Assembly: GCA_002269645.1 (NCBI GenBank)
Contig: NIVC01003929.1
Coordinates: 1 to 64,000, forward strand
Origin: Macrostomum lignano
Taxonomy: Eukaryota
Reading direction: 5' to 3'
Length of the DNA stretch: 64,000 bases
The stretch's first letter is position 1, and every line of letters begins with the position of its first letter. The notes below the pieces were generated by a model. It searched no databases, was not told the DNA's origin, and was given only the letters and a program-made list of their open reading frames with translations. Below, one piece after another: positions 50,119 to 63,745 of this stretch. A program made the translations under genes and the position numbers.

Positions 50119-53100
50119 CCGTATGCCTAACATAATGTACGCAGAAGACTTGCTAAGCATAAAAGTGTCTATAATAAATTGTAGCAATAGACCCTGGTTT
50201 TTATTTTGATGAGCGCAAGAAATTGCAACAAGCAGAAAGAAAACTTTTTTGGAACAGCAATCGACGCATTACGAACTATTTTTGCGAGTAGCTACAAGCT
50301 AAAATTCATGCAACCTTATTTATAAATGATATTAATTGCACTTTCTCAAGAGTCTTTTGAGTCATCGTATCAAGCCTCTCTATCCGGCCCTTTGGAACTT
50401 CACAATAGCAATCCCGTTCAATCTAGGTTTGTGTCTCTTCACAGCTCTCTTCTCTGTCTCCTCATCTCTCATCTTTTCTTAACTCTTCTCTCCCTTTATC
50501 TCTCATCTCATCTATCCTCTCATTTCTTTTCTACTCTCTCCTCTTATCTATTCTATCATCTCTCCTTTCATCCTCTCTCTCATCTTGGTCTGGGTTGATC
50601 ATGAGTTGATCTAAAAAGTTTGAAAAATTGGAAGTGCCCAAATTTTTTTCACAAATTTTGTTTTTCATACTGTAAAATGGAGTATTACCATAGACACAAA
50701 TCAGTAGGGAAGAGTCTGTCTATAAAAAGTACACCAAAGCGATAGGAAAGACTGAAGTTTGGCCTGCAAAATTGAAAAATTAGCTCGGTAAACTTGTCAA
50801 TCAACCTAAGACTTGTTTCGTTTCTTCATAAGTTCAGAAACGTCCTATGCCATCAATAATTGCATTTCTCAACGACTACTACAGGTCGCGTCGCAGAAGC
50901 TCACTGAAGTTAATAAACACAAGTCTATTTAGCTATTAAATACTTGACGATACGTCGATTACATCGAGGTACATGTAACACGAATTAAGGGTCTACTCGT
51001 CTTAATTGACTCCGCTCTAGCGAGAGGCTTCTAATCCGCTTTCGTCATGCGCCGCTATAACTATGATGGCTCTTAGAATTATGAAGTGTGTCTCCTTTTT
51101 TTAACCGGATTTCCCGGGACTCCGCTGCGCTCTTCCTCGAGGGGACTCGTGCGGCAAAGGGTTAGCGAGTCTTCCAATCGTACTAGTTTTGATTTCAGTG
51201 AGAGCCACGCAGAGAAAAGCGTGATAGCTTAGCAAAGTACATTTATTGAAGCATATACTTTGCCTTAGCCACAAGTTGGAGCAAACTGCGGCTCGTAGTA
51301 AAAACGAATTAACAAAAAACCAAATACAGATTCCCAGCCTCTGCCCATTCTCGCCCTCCAGTCGTGATTAAAATTATTTTTGACTGACCTGCGCCTGTAA
51401 TCACAAAATGCCGACATAATTGATTGAAAGTCACGTTTTTACTCATCACGGAGAGAAATGAGGCGAAAATTACATGACTAGCTATCACATGACTATTATA
51501 ATTTCTCATGAAATAAGCGCCAGCCTCAGGGCCTCGTCAATTTACTGAGATGCTGAGATTGAGGCTACAGCACTCATTCATTTTCCACAAATAAAAACTC
51601 TCAATACTTAACTTTGTTTTTCTTTCTGTTCTGAGAGCTTTGCTTCCATGGTCAAAAATAATAATCATATTCCACTCAGGAAACAGCTCCAATGAAGGAA
51701 ATTCTAGTTTTCCTGTGAGAATAATGGGTTAATGGAAGCTTCTTTCTGTATCCCAGACAAATTTCCTATCCATTCCATCTTTTTTGTATCCGAAACAAGC
51801 TATAATAAAAAGCTTTCGGAATAGATAGGTAGATAGATACTGCCTCCTTTGAGGCTTATACACATACATGTATGTACTCCAATGCTAATTGCTTCTGTAG
51901 CCTTCGACTCCACACAAAACACTCGAGTTGCTTTGCAAATCTGGAGACATTACATTTCCATAATTGAGTGAAAAGTAGAGAATCTAAAATTCCTTTTAGA
52001 AGCGCACTTTGCATTAAATGGAGAAATACATGTATCTTTAAGACTAAGTCCGAGAAGAGCCGTATTTAGTGAAATTCTTTGCATACTCGCATCCTCGTCT
52101 CTGCATGCCTCTTATTTTTTTTCTACGCCTGATAGCCCGCAAAAGAAATGAACAAGTGTCATCGAGAAGCCTCTCTACAGCCAGGCCGCCACGATGACCT
52201 TTTACGAACTCATGCCTTATGATGCAATTACTAATTAACAACCGCTTTGGGAGCAAAGGTCAGCGGTAACACGTCGGACAAGCCGTCACCGGAATCATAT
52301 TGGCCTGGAACTGGTCGTTCAATTCTTAATTAAGGTCAACACCCAATGACAATGTTCAGGCATGAAAAAGTAAGGACTGCTGTACCGTGTACACCTGCGT
52401 GAGCACGTGCGTGCTAAGGGGTCAGCGAACTGCTGCGGGTCACCTTATTGCCTTGATTTCGGCATAATCTAAGGAACCTTGTAAACTTTACCGACTAATC
52501 ACCATCTGTATAGGTACATGCCAACAGATAGCGAAACGCTCCTAAAAAGGGGGTCTCAAAATCGATAAGCTGGCGACCATATCGGCCTCATCTCGTAGTT
52601 AACTTGTATAGAAAGAATTAAGCTTTAATTCATTAAGGAATTAATGGCTTCCCTGGATTGCTATCTGTTAATATGCGCCATAAATTTGCTTGTTGCAAGC
52701 CGGCAACGAACGGCTGAATCCGGTCTTGTCTAGTGACGATCGCATGGCACAGGAGGGAGGCGGGTAGAACTCCCCCAACTGTATAGCTTAATTCCATAGC
52801 TTCTTGAACATGTCTTTCGAAGCTGTGCGTAGCCTTAATGCACAAACAGCAGATTAGACGATTAAGCTAGGCATTTACTGCAGTCGGGCAGGATGGTCAA
52901 GGGAGGCAGATCGCTCAACAACTTTCGAACGGTAATTAACGCAGTAGAAGACGAACGAACTGCATTTCTACTAGATCAATAATAGTATATATCGAAGCAA
53001 GAAAATGATTTATGAAGTCTTTTCCGAAGTTGCCTTATCGCGTGCTTGCGTGCAGACTTAGCTACATGCTTATAGTTACTATGGGCTGTTTAACCAATCA

Positions 53101-53769
53101 ACCTGTCATTTTTCTTCGCTATCATGGGTTTAGGAGTTAAGAGTAAGGTTACTCTCAGTAAAGGAATAACTCGCGCTGTGACCGCTGCATTCTTCTTTTA
53201 ATAAGGATCCTGAAATTCAGGTAACTATCAATTATTGGGGAGCTGCCTCGCAGCTTAATAGTAGACTACAACTGTGTGACGACTAAGCGAACGCCCAACT
53301 CATTGTCGACTAGAGCTGCATTAAATATGACCGGCTGTACAGTATATTGCAATAACAAAATAATATCCCACGTACTCTACGATAGCGCATATCGATCTGC
53401 ATCCTCGATTCTGAGTTAACAGAACTCGCATTTTATCCAAGGCGCTACTTTTGCAAATCGATCAAAATACGCAGCAAATTTCAGCTTTTAAAGACTAAAT
53501 GTGTTATGCTTTAACTTTAAAAGGTTGTAAATCGAACAATTAAATATTGTACGAGGTAGATTCATGATAGAAATATGAAAAAAATAGTTAGAGGCCGCAG
53601 GCCAGCAATGCGCAAGACAAAGTTGTATTCTCTAAACAGAATTTGCTAAGATTTGCCTTTTTATGAGTTAAAATGAGGTTTTAACCAAAGAGTATTGAGG
53701 TCACCTAGTGCTTATTGCGTCAATTCTCAGTTCATCATCAGCGGCTTCACTTATTGGTGAAAAGCATCG

Positions 53770-54102
53770 CTACATGATACATTCACCCATCGCATCACTC
53801 TGCGGCAGGAAATGCATTCGCGGCTCCTCGGATACCGCCACATGCTGCTCAGGAGTCGCAGTTCTGACACTTGGCACGGCATCAGATTTCAGTTTTTTTC
53901 TTGTCTTCTGCTGAACAAAGTCGTCAATGGAGTAATGAAACTCACAAATACGCATCCATTTGACATCTCCAGCAGATCTTAGTGGCACCCGTGCTCGCCA
54001 CTCTCTCAGACGATCGACGTCCTTGAAAGGCAGACGAAAGAAATATACAGATGCATCAGAAACGCAGTTATTGCAATTAGCTACCGCGCACTTTAGTGGC
54101 AT
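53770..54102 (-). CDS. THAP (C2CH zinc finger) domain ORF, 110 aa; possibly a transposase remnant or a first exon
   Basis: MPLKCAVANC…YFFRLP…REWRARV…MRICEFHYSIDDF…LKSDAVPS has the THAP C-x4-C, FxxP, W, C-x2-H and AVP motifs. Confidence 0.85.
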   Translation of the reverse strand: MPLKCAVANCNNCVSDASVYFFRLPFKDVDRLREWRARVPLRSAGDVKWMRICEFHYSIDDFVQQKTRKKLKSDAVPSVRTATPEQHVAVSEEPRMHFLPQSDAMGECIM

Positions 54103-55141
54103 GGCTGTTGTTGTTCAGACGTAAGGGCTATATGGCATGGCTGTTACGGAGTTGTGTATCGACGACGCTTTTGTTGCTTATGGCCAACCCCGTCTCGGTG
54201 CAAAATAGTAAAAAATGAAGCAATGTAAAACAGAAGGAAAGACACAAGCGCGCGGCAGGGCACACTGATTTAAATTGCTATTTGACTAGAAAAGTACGCG
54301 GGTAATGCGTTTAAACTGAGCTGTACTTTATACTATAATATGTATGACGTATTGCGTATTTGACTATTTCCCACCCAGGTGTGTTCAAACTACCTTATTT
54401 ATTCTATAGGAGAGAGAAGAAAAGTATCTGATTGAAGCCACTGTCACCTTTGTACCGATACAGGTAGGCTTGTGTGTTTAGCTAAGAGGTGAGAAATGGG
54501 CTTACTCTTTCATGCTTGCTTGGTATCATCTTACGATTACTTAGGAGTTTCCTTGAGCAAGGCTCAGCCGTTCCATCCCCAGAATGCAAGTTGGGCCTAA
54601 GATTTGACTGTGTTCGCTAAAACTATGGAGCGTGAAACCTACTCTCACTTATCGAATCGAATGCTCGAAAATCTCGAAGAACACAGCTCGAAAATCTGTT
54701 TTTTTGTACGAGATGCTAGGTGTTTTCCGAAATTCCTAATTCCTAAGGCAAATGTTATGCGAAAGTAAATTTTAAGCCTATCAAAGCACTGATAAAACAA
54801 TATCTACCAAATAACGTTTGATTAGCTTTTTTTATCGAAAAATCATAGTTTTTTGTGTTTCTTAGGATGAAGAATGTGAACATCTATCGTGCTGGTTTTA
54901 GTTTGAAAAAATTTGAAAAAAGTTAGAAGTACTACTGAATTGTAGCAAGTAAACTTTGCGAATATCAAAATGCACAATGAAGCATACGTATTTACACATA
55001 GTTTTTTGCATTTGTATCTCTCGTCTCAACAAAAGTCACTAAATAAACTGGATTGCGCATAGATGAAAGTTGACCGGTCAACACAACGGTAATGGAGAAT
55101 ATAAGCGCGGTAAGGGGGTAGGACCAAAGATAGTAGAATAG

Positions 55142-55552
55142 CTAGATGGGCCACTCAGCACATTTGCGTATAAGCTACTTTCAGTTCAGTAGTAGGTTTA
55201 TTAGAAGCATTTTAATGTATTTTAAAGCCAAGGCTCATTTATGGCTCTTACACACCCAGCTTAAACCCTCCCCCAACCGCGCCTTTCCACACTATCCGCC
55301 CCAATTTTTATTGCCTTCCCCGAAATTCCAGCCTAAAGCTGCCATGTACATTCCAGTGGACTGGCCAGTGTACATTATTACTGAACCAATTAGCAAGTTG
55401 TTTACGCTCCTTGTAAGCTTGGCTTCTAAACTTATCAAAATCATTTCTGCTGCCTTTATTTTCATAAAATAGTTTATGTATTCTTTTTTGCTACTGAACT
55501 GAAAGCAGAAAGCTGTTTTACTAAGTAATATGTGCCTGAGTGGCCTATCTAG
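55142..55552. mobile_element. MITE-like element with imperfect terminal inverted repeats
   Basis: ctagatgggccactcag (55142) versus ctgagtggcctatctag (55536-55552), one mismatch. A second perfect 15-bp IR pairs ctttcagttcagtag (55178) with ctactgaactgaaag (55491). TA flanks both ends. Confidence 0.65.
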
Positions 55553-55561
55553 TCATTTTAG

Positions 55562-56066
55562 TATCTGTGATTGAAACAGATTAAAGAAATTTTAACTGTT
55601 TTCTTTCCAGACAATTTTGAATCTTTTGGCGAAAACGCGATGAAAATCGGTGAAGAATTGCAATCTGTAGAGCGTTATGGACATACAAATATTAGAGATT
55701 TAGTATATTTAGAAGATAGACTAGCTAATTAGAGCTGGCTGCCAGCAGCCAGAATAAATTTTTATTGCCCCCCTTTAAGTGAGGCCCAGTGAGTTTTCTT
55801 ATCAGTTGGCTCTGGCGCAATCAATTAAAATTGACTGTGAAGTTTCTGGCTGATAAAATTTGCATTGAAAAAGGCCATTTAAAACAGTTTTTCGAATATT
55901 TAATCCCTTTAGCATTGAAGCAGATACAAGAAATTTTAACCATACAATCCCAGGCTGATTACGAATCTTTTGGCGAAAACGCGATGAAAATCGGTGAAGA
56001 ATTGCAGTCTCTAGAGCGTTATGGACAAACATACAAACAAACCTTAGAGATTTAGTATATTTAGAC
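55562..56066 (+). mobile_element. Head-to-tail Helentron/DINE-1-like (HINE) non-autonomous elements
   Basis: A repeated 3' block …gcgatgaaaatcggtgaagaattgca…gagcgttatggac(a)tacaa…gagatttagtatatttaga. The unit starting near 55722 begins ACTAGC and has a short stem-loop (ctggctgc/gcagccag). The same 3' block recurs at about 61190-61290 and 62490-62591. Confidence 0.6.
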
Positions 56067-56519
56067 TAGCCATTTAGCCCCCCGCTGGGGAGCCCGAAAA
56101 TGACACCAATTGGTTTTTATTTTGACACAAGAGTAACTTTACTTTAATTATCCAAAATGTTGATTTCCATTAATCAAAAATTACCTTTTCTCATTTTGGC
56201 AAAAATAAATTGCCATGAATCAGAACTTTCATCAGCCAAAAAAGTTTCCTTCATCAGCCCAAAACCCTTTCTCAATCAGCAAATAGTGCTTATCCTTTCA
56301 AGCACAAACTCTTAGTGCATATCGTCGCTGGCCGGGCATATTCTGATCCGCAGCAAATATGCAAATCATTGACGTCCTTAGACTCTCTTATTAGCCTAAA
56401 TCAAAGAATGAAACCTTTAATAAATGCGCTGGTATTTCCTATTAGCAGAAATCAGCATCACTTGTGTGTACAATTTCATTATCTGAATTACATCAGCTAC
56501 TTCAGCCGTACTACCTGAC

Positions 56520-58190
56520 TACCTGACAATCGCCCAACAACCATGAGTCCATGAGCCTTGGCATCTTAGCAATTCCTCCCCAGTAAGCCTTGACATATCA
56601 GCAATTCCCCAGTAAGCCTTGAAATCTCACCAATTCCCCCAGTAAGCCTTGACATCCCAACAACCTAACTCCCCTCCCCCAAGAATTCAGCAATCCCCTT
56701 ATGAGCTTTGATATCTCAGCAATTTCTTCATGAGCCTTGTCAACTCAGCGATTCCATCCATGAGCTTTGATATCTTAGCAATTCCCATCTTAGTAAGTCT
56801 TTAGTTGATGGCAAGTCCTTGGTTGATGGTTAACAGAGTGGTTATTCTATGATTGAACCAAAACTGACCCTAAGCCCCTAACCCTAACCCATAAGTGAGT
56901 CTTGGCATGTTAGCAATCTCCCCCGTGAGCCTTGAGCCTGAGCATTTAAGTAACTTCCTCATAAGCTTTGAAATCTAAATTTCACCGAAAGCCTTGACCT
57001 GTCACCAATTCCCGAAGAGCCAAAGCATATAACTAATTCGCGCCAAGAGCCTTTAATCTTAGAAATTCCTTAATGAATCATTTATGATTGACACGACGAT
57101 GGCTCTATAATTGAACCCAAACCATAACCCTTTATCTGCAGCCGAGTCACAGAATTCAGCAACTCCTTCTCAGCCCAAGAATTTCAAAAATTCCCCAAGG
57201 AGCTTTTGAAATCTTAGCAATTTTCCCAGGAGCCTGAAAATTGAGCGACTAACCTTTTGATATCTTGGCACTTTCACACGGGTCTTATGATTGAACCCTA
57301 ACCCTGCCAAGTCACAGCATTTCAGCTATTCCCACTATGAACCACAGCATTTCAACAATTACCCAATGAACCTTGACATTTCCTGAATTTCAGCTATTCC
57401 CTTTAGGAGCCTTTGAAATCTCAGCCATTCCCCTGTGAACCTTAGTATCTCAGCAATACCCAAGAGTCACAGCCCACAGCATTACAGGGATCCCCCGTGA
57501 GCTTTGAAATCTCAGCTATTCCCCAATGAGCCTTGATATCTCAGCAACTCCTATTTGAGACACAAAATTTCGGCAATATGAGCAGGTGCTGCAATCACAA
57601 CAATCCCCCTGAGCATTGAGCCACATTATAATTCGGATATCCCCCCATGAGCCTTGACAACTTAGCAATTCCCAATAAGTATTTAATGTTAGACAGGCCT
57701 ATTCATTTATATGGTTTACGTCTTACTCTTACCCTAAAAATGTCGGCAATTCCCCCAAGAGCCACAGCATTCCAGAAATTATCTCCATGAGCCGTGACAG
57801 CAAATAATTTTAATGAGCCTTGATACGTCAGCAATTTCTCAAATGAACTTTGAAATCAAAGCAATTCTGCCCAGAATCACATCAGTATAGGAATTTCCCT
57901 CTGAGCCTTGACAAGACATCTCCGAATTTCTCCCATGGGCCTTGATCTGGCCCATGGCCCAGTAAGCCTTGAAATCTCAATAATTCCTCAGTAAGCCTTG
58001 ACATCTCAGAAATTCCCTCATTAAGATCGACATCGCAGCAATTGAACTCAAGCTTTGAAATCAAAGCAATTCTCCCCAGAATCACATCATTATAGCAATT
58101 ACCACTGAGCCTTGAGATCTTAGAAATTCTCCCATGAGTCTTGATATCACAGAAATTTCCCATACCAGCCTTGAAATCTTAGCAATTCAC
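56520..58190. repeat. Old degenerate satellite, about 28-bp motif (atgagccttgacatctcagcaattcccc)
   Basis: Recurrent gagccttga…cagcaattccc motif with many substitutions. Confidence 0.8.
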
Positions 58191-58317
58191 ATTGAGTATT
58201 TTATTCTCGACAGACTGCTTTTTTATGGTTGACATGGTGATTCTTTTCTCGCTTTGTCTTGTGTTGAGTTTTCTTCTGTTTAAAGTAGCATTTATTAAAA
58301 TTATTAAAATTATTAAA

Positions 58318-58560
58318 CACTTTAGCAATGGTTTACCATCACTTTAGCAATGGTTTACCATCACTTTAGCAATGGTTCACCAGCAGTTTAGCAATGGTTT
58401 ACCATCACTTTAGCAATAGTTCACCAGCAGTTTAGCAATGGTTCACCAGTAGTTTAGCAATGGTTCACCATCACTTTAGCAATGGTTTACCATCACTTTA
58501 GCAATTTCACCAGCAGCAGTTTAGCAATGGTTCACCAGCAGTTTAGCAATGGTTCACCGG
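58318..58560. repeat. About 22-bp minisatellite (tttagcaatggtttaccatcac)n
   Basis: Direct. Confidence 0.93.
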
Positions 58561-59988
58561 CACTGTTCCGCAAAATCTGCAAAGGATACAATCATTATTG
58601 TCACAGGTCACAAATATAAATTCGCTGCTTCAATGCAGGCTCGAACTGCTGACATCAAAGCATTCTGCTTAGCTTCTGCCGGATACTGCCTGCCTACTGC
58701 GGCTGTTGTGCCTATTGACATGTGGTCGAAATAATCTAGTTTAGCAACTTCAGCCGTTTGAAGTTAACCCCAGAAATCGGCATTTATCCCTACAACAACC
58801 TGAAATTATCCCTGCATCTAATCCCGCAAAAAGACTGCAGTTATTTCTTAGCAGCCGGCATTTATCATCCACTTTGCATTCTACAACTTTTACTAAAATT
58901 AAGCATGTATACCTTCAGCTCATAGAATTGTCCTCTTAGCAAAAAATATTTCACTTGGCAGCCTGCAGTAATCCCCTCAACAACTTGTACTTAATATTCC
59001 ACAGTTAATATCCACTCAAAGCTCAATAGTTAGTTATTACCCTCAGAAGTCTGCCATTATCCCCCTATTAGTCGGCAGTTTTCCCTCTCAGCAGTCTGCA
59101 GCTATACGCTCATACGTCTGGAGGAACTACCTCAGCAGTTTGCAGTTGTTTCCCCTTTGCAATCTGCAATGATACCTTCGACAGTCTGCAGTTTCCCTAA
59201 GCAGTCTGCAGTCATTCCATTTGCAGTCTACAAGTGTTCAATTAACAATTTTCATTCATCCTCTCAGCAGCCTGCAGTTCTTCTTTCAGCCGGCACCTCA
59301 GCTCCTCAGGAAACTGCAATTTGCTCAGAATTTTACGGCTCACTAATAAATTTTCGATACACATCGGCAGTCTTGCAAAACTCAGCATTTTGCAATACCG
59401 TCAGAAGTTTTTTTCAGAATGGTCTGCAGTTTAGCAATTTCATACTTTCATGGAACTACGCCATATACCCATTGATGGGATCAGTACGCTCGTAATACAT
59501 GTACTCGAAGCAGTTTTTACAAATCAAATTTGCTTAGCGACTTGTGCTAAATAGCAAAAATACATGTAGTTCATTTAGTGTGCCTTGTTAATTAAGCATA
59601 AAACTTCCAATTAGTCGAAGCACAAGCTAAAATGAAATAATAATTAGCTCAATTTCAATTGTCCGCTGCGAGCCAGACTCTAACCTGGGACCTTACGCCT
59701 ATCCTAAACCTGGTCCTAGTGCCTACAGTGCGGCTACTCCGCCTATTGATCGGAGGGCGACAAAATCAGCCATATATGCTTTGGCACTGCAGTCAAATAC
59801 ACAGCAGTGATAGGCTGCTTAGTGCACGGGTTGCATGCAGGCAGAGCCAATGCACAGTTAAGTGAAATCTATAAATTAGATTTAAGTCTGGAGGAACTAC
59901 TTCACAGTCTGCAGTTCTTCTCTGGCCGGCACCTCAGTCCCCTCAGAAAACTGCAATTTGCTCAGAATTGTACGGCTCAGTAATCAAT

Positions 59989-62592
59989 TTTCGATACATA
60001 TCGGCAGCTCTGCATTTAGCAATACCTTTAAGCAATTTAGCAGCATTGTCTGCAGTTTAGTAATTTCGTACTTTTATGGAGATAGACAATACCCTTGATG
60101 GGATCAGTTATACTCGAAGCAGTTTTAACAAATCAAATTTGATTAGCGGCTTGTGCCGAGTAGCAAAAAATGAATTGCGAATTAATGAAATATGTTTCAA
60201 TTGAAATTAATAAAAAAATGTTCCAATTAGTCGAGGCGCAAGCTATAAATTATTGAATTATTTTAATTTTAATTATCCGCCGGGGAGGCAGACTCGAACC
60301 TTGGACCTTACGCCTAGCCTAAACCTAGTCCTAGTGCCTACAGTGCGGCTACTCCGCCTATTGATGGGAGGACAACAAAATCAGCCATATATCCTTCAGA
60401 ACTTCAGTTAAATACATAGCAGTGATAGGCTGCTCAGTGTGTAGGCGTGCAGGCGGAGCCAATGCACAGTTGATTGAGTGAAATCTATAAATAGCAATTT
60501 TCTATGGAGTCCGCCAGTCAGAGCCAGGGTCAGAATGTACACACGCAGCCACTGAGCATTTTTTCTCCTTGCACACTGCAGCCAGTATTGAAGCATATAC
60601 AGTGGAGAGAGAAAAGTTATGGCGCAATCATAATTGGAATTGGAATTCAGCCAGTCAAGAATTCAACCTAGTTTGCCCTCCCATTAAAAGCATTGGGAAA
60701 ACTCGTTTTTCGAATATTTAATACCTTTAGCATTTAAGCCGATTAAAGAAATTTTAACTGTCTTCTTTCCAGACAATTTTGCATCTTTTGGCGAAAAAGC
60801 GATTAAAATTGGTCAATTGGTTCAATCTCTAGAACGTTACACGAATACTAACACCAAGGCCGTTCGAGTGAAAGTCACACGAAGCAGCTATGACATAATC
60901 AAATACTCAGGCAGTCAGCATCAGTCTCAATTAAAGTTAGCAATATGGTTACGCAATTTCTGTCTTTTAACTTGGCGCAGTGTTTTCAACTTGTTGTGAT
61001 GCAATCTTTATCAGAATCAGAATTCAGTCAGTCAGTTTTTTATCTGCTAGCATTTTTACAATGCATTTCAAGTCGAAAGAGCTGCTTGACCTTTGCAAAA
61101 AAGCATGTTTTTCGAATATCTAATCCCTTTAGCATTGAAGCAGATACAAGAAATTTTAACCATACAATCCCAGGCTGATTACAAATCTTTTGGCGAAAAC
61201 GCGATCAAAATCGGTGAAGAATTGCAATCTCTAGAGCGTTATGGACAAGCAAGCAAGCATACAAATATTAGAGATTTAGTATATTTAGATTTCGATACAT
61301 ATCGGCAGCTCTGCATTTAGCAATACCTTTAAGCAATTTAGCAGCATTGTCTGCAGTTTAGTAATTTCGTACTTTTATGGAGATAGACAATACCCTTGAT
61401 GGGATCAGTTATACTCGAAGCAGTTTTAACAAATCAAATTTGATTAGCGGCTTGTGCCGAGTAGCAAAAAATGAATTGCGAATTAATGAAATATGTTTCA
61501 ATTGAAATTAATAAAAAAATGTTCCAATTAGTCGAGGCGCAAGCTATAAATTATTGAATTATTTTAATTTTAATTATCCGCCGGGGAGGCAGACTCGAAC
61601 CTTGGACCTTACGCCTAGCCTAAACCTAGTCCTAGTGCCTACAGTGCGGCTACTCCGCCTATTGATGGGAGGACAACAAAATCAGCCATATATCCTTCAG
61701 AACTTCAGTTAAATACATAGCAGTGATAGGCTGCTCAGTGTGTAGGCGTGCAGGCGGAGCCAATGCACAGTTGATTGAGTGAAATCTATAAATAGCAATT
61801 TTCTATGGAGTCCGCCAGTCAGAGCCAGGGTCAGAATGTACACACGCAGCCACTGAGCATTTTTTCTCCTTGCACACTGCAGCCAGTATTGAAGCATATA
61901 CAGTGGAGAGAGAAAAGTTATGGCGCAATCATAATTGGAATTGGAATTCAGCCAGTCAAGAATTCAACCTAGTTTGCCCTCCCATTAAAAGCATTGGGAA
62001 AACTCGTTTTTCGAATATTTAATACCTTTAGCATTTAAGCCGATTAAAGAAATTTTAACTGTCTTCTTTCCAGACAATTTTGCATCTTTTGGCGAAAAAG
62101 CGATTAAAATTGGTCAATTGGTTCAATCTCTAGAACGTTACACGAATACTAACACCAAGGCCGTTCGAGTGAAAGTCACACGAAGCAGCTATGACATAAT
62201 CAAATACTCAGGCAGTCAGCATCAGTCTCAATTAAAGTTAGCAATATGGTTACGCAATTTCTGTCTTTTAACTTGGCGCAGTGTTTTCAACTTGTTGTGA
62301 TGCAATCTTTATCAGAATCAGAATTCAGTCAGTCAGTTTTTTATCTGCTAGCATTTTTACAATGCATTTCAAGTCGAAAGAGCTGCTTGACCTTTGCAAA
62401 AAAGCATGTTTTTCGAATATCTAATCCCTTTAGCATTGAAGCAGATACAAGAAATTTTAACCATACAATCCCAGGCTGATTACAAATCTTTTGGCGAAAA
62501 CGCGATCAAAATCGGTGAAGAATTGCAATCTCTAGAGCGTTATGGACAAGCAAGCAAGCATACAAATATTAGAGATTTAGTATATTTAGATT
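59989..62592. repeat. Apparently exact 1301-bp tandem duplication (59989-61291 / 61290-62592)
   Basis: Identical ORF translations are offset by 1301 (60408/61709, 60817/62118, 60945/62246), with TT microhomology at the junction. Confidence 0.95.
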
Positions 62593-63745
62593 AGATTAGA
62601 TAGACTAGGAGAGGTTAACCGTTTTCACTATAGGTTAAGCGCCGACCAATAAACCGATAACAGACACCAGTCACCACATGCGCACAGGCGGTAGTAAAAT
62701 CTAGCCAACAGTGATAAAGTGGGGTTAGAAAAAGTGGAGGCTGAGGGGCACACAGAAAATCGATACCCGAAGGCCGACGCCGACCACACGCGTGCAGGCG
62801 GTAATAAAATTTAACAATTGTGGAGTTAGCGATGGGAAAGGAAAGAGCGGTGGGATTGAGAGCCGACCAGTAAATCGAAAACAGACACCACATGCGCACA
62901 TGCGAAATCCAGACAACAGCGATTTAAAGTGGGGGTTGAGGGGCCGACTAGAAAATCGATAACCGACCCTAGCGCGCAGTTATCAATAAAAGCTGCCTAT
63001 CCAGCAGCATGGGTTATACAGAGAAATTGGGACAAGGCAGTTTAATTAATACTAACGTTAGCTCCTATTCCTTATCACATATCAGATTCTGTTATGCAGA
63101 AAGCAAAAGAAGAGACGTCAAAGGACATAGCGTAAGACTACAAAAAGCGTGCGCAATCAAATGAAATATAATTAATATTTTTCAAATGCATTCGTGCATT
63201 TAGTACGTTGGCAGGGCTAAATTGAGTCCATTGCACGAATAAGCGCTATTGCATCTTGGCCTCATGAATGATGCATCCAAATGACGACAGCCATATATTT
63301 AATCAATTGGACTCTATTCGTGCATTGCGTCATTTTTCTTTCAAATTAGCAATTTGAAATGCACAGTGAAAGGCAAAATTAAATTCTCCATATCCATACC
63401 AAAACTAATTTGAAGTAGAGAAACGTCAGAGAAATCAAATTAATTTACAATAGTTAAAGCTTACCGATCGAAAAAAACAATTAAAACTCTCAACGAGTAA
63501 AAAAATGGATAAAGTAAACAGGCAAAAATTCATTTATTAATTGCTTTTGATTGCGAAAACCCACCCAAAAAGACGTTTTGCCTAGCTACCACCAGTCAGC
63601 TATTCAATATTCGCATCCATATAAGGAAAGACATAATAAGTTGGTAATTTCGTTGCTCTGCTAAATGGAAATCTTTCCTAGCTAGATCATATGACATGAC
63701 ATCAATCGTCTAACAATAAAATATTGATATATGAAGTTTAAAAAA

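Noticed and set aside
52044-52940. Short ORFs downstream of THAP as possible P-element transposase pieces
   Set aside because: No DDE/D or other diagnostic motif could be aligned by eye.
56868-56890. ccctaaccctaaccc telomere-like motif
   Set aside because: Only 2-3 units within a degenerate satellite.
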